The notes under the pieces: model-generated
Database searches by the model: none
What the model was told of the DNA's origin: nothing
What the model saw: the letters and a program-made list of their open reading frames with translations, nothing else
Position numbers and translations under genes: made by a program
In this document: positions 38,465 to 41,928 of the stretch, one piece after another
Layout: each line of letters begins with the position of its first letter
Position numbering within the stretch: position 1 is the stretch's first letter
Virus record (IMG/VR): IMGVR_UViG_2648501336_000002
DNA: 41,928 nt
Source of the DNA: a virus
Lineage: Duplodnaviria > Heunggongvirae > Uroviricota > Caudoviricetes
Reading direction: 5' to 3' (one strand)

Positions 38465-39862
38465 ATGGACTATGCTATATTTTCACCTCACCCCTACCAA
38501 GATCTCATCATCAATCATCAAATCGACATTATGCGCTGCAACATCTGGGCAGGTATGGGAATGGGTAAAACCGTGGCAACGCTCACTGCGCTGGAAGATC
38601 TTTTTATGGCAGGGGCAGAAACACGCCCCGCACTGGTCCTCGCGCCGCTACGTGTTGCAGCAAACACCTGGCCGGATGAAGCAGTGAAGTGGGGGCATTT
38701 GCGCAATATCGAGGTGCAGCCGATTGTTGGTAATGCCAAAGCGCGCTCTACGGCGCTGGCGAACAGCAACGCAAGCGTGTTCACCATCAACTACGATAAC
38801 CTTGTCTGGCTGGTTGAAGAATTGGGAGAACGATGGCCGTTCGGTATTGTCATTCCAGATGAAAGCACCCGGCTAAAATCCTTCCGGCTGCGAGGTGGTG
38901 GTAAGCGCGCGGCGGCACTGGGCAAAGTGGCGCATAAGTATGTCCGGCGCTGGATAAATCTCACCGGTACGCCAGCACCGAACGGCCTGGTAGATTTGTG
39001 GGGACAATCGTGGTTTGTGGACCAAGGGCAACGTCTCGGGCGCACTTACGGTGCGTTTACCTCACGCTGGTTCAACTCGATACAGTTTCCGGGACAGAGC
39101 TGGACTAAACTGGAGCCTTTTGCTCACTCACAGGGTGAAATACAGCGAGCATTAGCCGATGTGACCCTCTCGCTAGATGCGGCCGACTGGTTCGATATCA
39201 AAGACCCCATCCATAACGTAATCCGCGTGGATATGCCGCCGAAGGCCCGTCAGCAGTATCGTGAAATGGAAAAGGAAATGTTCCTCGAGCTGAATGGCGA
39301 AGGCATCGAAGCACCGAACGCCGCGGCAAAGACACTGAAGTGTCTTCAAATCGCCAGTGGCGCAGTATACACAGACGACACCGGAAGTTGGTCAGAACTG
39401 CATGACACCAAACTACAGGCGCTGGACAGCATACTGACCGAAGCAGCTGGCGCACCTGTGCTGGTTGCTTATCACTGGAAACACGATCTTGAACGCTTGC
39501 TTAAAGCATTCCCTCGCGGTCGTCACCTCGACCAGGATCCACAGACACTGCGCGACTGGAATTCCGGAAAGATTCCTGTTCTCTTTGCACACCCAGCCAG
39601 CGCGGGCCACGGCCTGAACATGCAGGACGGCGGAAATATACTGGTATTTTTCTCACACTGGTGGGACCTGGAGCAATATCAGCAAATTATTGAACGTATC
39701 GGCCCCACCAGGCAGATACAGGCCGGACACAATCGTCCGGTATTTATTCACCACATTATTGCTGCCGACACTATGGACGAAATGGTGATGGAGCGGCGCA
39801 ACTCAAAACGAACAGTGCAGGACATCCTGCTCGATGCCATGAAAAAGAGAGGTATAGCATGA
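38465..39862 (+). CDS. SNF2-family helicase
   Basis: 465 aa; motif I GMGKT, motif II IPDESTR. Confidence 0.8.
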   Translation: MDYAIFSPHPYQDLIINHQIDIMRCNIWAGMGMGKTVATLTALEDLFMAGAETRPALVLAPLRVAANTWPDEAVKWGHLRNIEVQPIVGNAKARSTALANSNASVFTINYDNLVWLVEELGERWPFGIVIPDESTRLKSFRLRGGGKRAAALGKVAHKYVRRWINLTGTPAPNGLVDLWGQSWFVDQGQRLGRTYGAFTSRWFNSIQFPGQSWTKLEPFAHSQGEIQRALADVTLSLDAADWFDIKDPIHNVIRVDMPPKARQQYREMEKEMFLELNGEGIEAPNAAAKTLKCLQIASGAVYTDDTGSWSELHDTKLQALDSILTEAAGAPVLVAYHWKHDLERLLKAFPRGRHLDQDPQTLRDWNSGKIPVLFAHPASAGHGLNMQDGGNILVFFSHWWDLEQYQQIIERIGPTRQIQAGHNRPVFIHHIIAADTMDEMVMERRNSKRTVQDILLDAMKKRGIA

Positions 39863-40059
39863 GCGAGAAACCCGACGATTTACTCACCCCGGATGAAGTA
39901 TGCCAAAAGTTAGGTATTACACAGAAAACGCTATGTGAGTGGAATATTAAGCATCGTCATCGGGCTATCCTGGCACCAATTCGTTTCAGTGCAAAAGTAG
40001 TTCGTTATGAGCGCCGCAATGTCGACGCTTTTATTCAAAAGTGTCGCAGCCGGTATTAA
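39859..40059 (+). CDS. AlpA/excisionase-like small DNA-binding protein
   Basis: 66 aa; LTPDEVCQKLGITQKTLCEW HTH typical of AlpA-type regulators, adjacent to the integrase. Confidence 0.55.
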   Translation: MSEKPDDLLTPDEVCQKLGITQKTLCEWNIKHRHRAILAPIRFSAKVVRYERRNVDAFIQKCRSRY

Positions 40060-41459
40060 CCTCGCCGCCGTAGCAATGCCACCTGCGCAAGTATGCTCCG
40101 CTCGTGAGCCTCGAAAGCTTCGCGCTTTAACGCAATCTCTTCCTGCAAAATCTCATCAGAAAAGTCGTAATGTTCTGCCATCGGGTCATCTGACTTGCTG
40201 GAGTGGTGAAGGCAAAGGAGGCTGATTTCCCTTCGGTCTGATCGGGAATAGCCTCTTTCCTTCATCAAGGCAATAACATTGCTCTTAAGGAATTTACGGC
40301 ACATCGTATTAAATGCACCGTCTTTCCCTTTAACAGTCCCATCATGTTTTATTCCTTTTACAGCCCCATCCGGGCTGTATGTTTTCACTAGCTTATCCAG
40401 TGATCGTTTTGAAAATGGCTGCATTGGATCACGCGGCTGCAAAAATACATAATCCCTGTTGCACTCAGGAACTGAATCACGCCATGCTTTCTGCTCGTCG
40501 ATAATCCGCCGGATCTCCGGCGTTATTGGCAGGCGGAAAGCCTTTTGTGTTTTCATAGCCCCTCGCATGCCGATAACCCCTTCAGGATAAACAATTTCGC
40601 CAGTCTCCTCGTGAACGTAGTCCCAGCGCAGGTTATGGACATTAATCGGACGAACGCCGGTGATGATCATGAAGCGAACAGCATTCTTCTGGTGTACAGA
40701 GGTGCAGGCGGCAACATTGAGCCAGAGCCGGGCGATTGACTCAATATCGGTAAAAAGCCGTGTGGGGGTGGGTTTCTGTACGCGGGAGGAAACATAATCA
40801 TCTGGCAGACTGGCAGCAACATTGCGACCGTTACAAAGAGTAGGTGCGCAGAACTTCCAGAACCGACGGAGCTCGGCAAACAACTCCAGGGCGTTATTGT
40901 TCGAGCGAGTGGCGATCCACTCGTCCAGCACTTCCACCAGCCGATTGTATGTTACGTCGCTGAACACCTCACGCTCGCCGAACGTTGCTTTAATCCGGTC
41001 GATACGCACCCCGTAGGTTGTGAAACTGTCCGGGCTCAGCTTCTGCCGGGCGACTTTGGCTTTGAGGTCATCCCGGTACATTTCCAGCGCTGCATGTACG
41101 GACTCTGCCCGCAAGCCACCGTCAGCCATACCTAGCGCTTTTTCGCGCGCCAGCTGGATAGCGAGCTCCGGCCACTCGCCGAGCTTTTTACCCTTGAGGC
41201 CCATCTTTTTTGGAAACTCGGCGTAAAATGTAACCTTACCGGCTTTGCTGAAATCGATACGGAGATAGTTCTCTTTTTCGTATTTGGAACGGCGAGCCAC
41301 GCCGGAAGCAGCGAGGATGATTTTGGCGGCAGCAACACAGATTTTCATGTGTGCGCTGGTATAGGGGGGTTTACAGGCGTCCCATTTTTCAGATGCGGCT
41401 AAAACATCGTCATTATTGGGGCTATCCGGATTATGTGTTACAGTGCGCGGCATTCTCAA
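40056..41459 (-). CDS. int: Tyrosine integrase (P4-type); true start probably internal
   Basis: 467 aa in the track; N-terminal arm-binding-like region and C-terminal catalytic region with a conserved His/Arg/Tyr context; prophage end next to yfhL. Confidence 0.8.
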   Translation of the reverse strand: MRMPRTVTHNPDSPNNDDVLAASEKWDACKPPYTSAHMKICVAAAKIILAASGVARRSKYEKENYLRIDFSKAGKVTFYAEFPKKMGLKGKKLGEWPELAIQLAREKALGMADGGLRAESVHAALEMYRDDLKAKVARQKLSPDSFTTYGVRIDRIKATFGEREVFSDVTYNRLVEVLDEWIATRSNNNALELFAELRRFWKFCAPTLCNGRNVAASLPDDYVSSRVQKPTPTRLFTDIESIARLWLNVAACTSVHQKNAVRFMIITGVRPINVHNLRWDYVHEETGEIVYPEGVIGMRGAMKTQKAFRLPITPEIRRIIDEQKAWRDSVPECNRDYVFLQPRDPMQPFSKRSLDKLVKTYSPDGAVKGIKHDGTVKGKDGAFNTMCRKFLKSNVIALMKERGYSRSDRREISLLCLHHSSKSDDPMAEHYDFSDEILQEEIALKREAFEAHERSILAQVALLRRRG

Positions 41460-41658
41460 TCCTTATCTGCGTAGGCGCAGAAAACAAGCTCACACATACA
41501 AGTCTTTTCTACGGGACAAAATGCAATGTGTTGCGGTTTTGTGTTGCTGGACTGAGTTTATCAAGGTTAAATACACTGGATCAACATACAGTAAGTTAAT
41601 GACAGTAAAGCATACAAACTCGATACAACTTACTGATTTTAAAATGATTTAACGGTAA

Positions 41659-41928
<270 letters not shown>

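Overview
The window is an almost complete (~41 kb) mosaic temperate prophage lying next to the chromosomal ferredoxin gene yfhL (41668..41928), with the tyrosine integrase at the right edge. Reading right to left: integrase and an AlpA/Xis-like gene; a plus-strand early operon (SNF2 helicase, VRR-NUC, family A DNA polymerase, SSB-like protein, Cas4-like nuclease); a CI/Cro immunity switch; a minus-strand primase-helicase followed by an iteron origin; antiterminator Q; a lambda-type lysis cassette (holin, R endolysin, Rz); terminase, portal and head genes; and a Mu-like contractile tail ending in an invertible tail-fibre segment. The backbone is interrupted by several visibly AT-rich accessory cassettes that are the best candidates for undescribed anti-phage or exclusion functions: (i) a three-gene antisense cassette of one soluble and two membrane proteins (36724..38397); (ii) a self-contained two-gene cassette with its own promoter-like element and terminator inside the baseplate operon (6483..7638), next to a secreted-protein gene; (iii) a lone antisense membrane protein (33204..33833); (iv) a TIR-like gene at the left edge (1..819) that appears to have displaced the tail-fibre invertase; and (v) a coiled-coil/zinc-ribbon gene beside a structured non-coding region next to cI. 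All calls are from reading the sequence and ORF translations; no database search was run, so family assignments are recollection-based and product names for the accessory genes are hypotheses.
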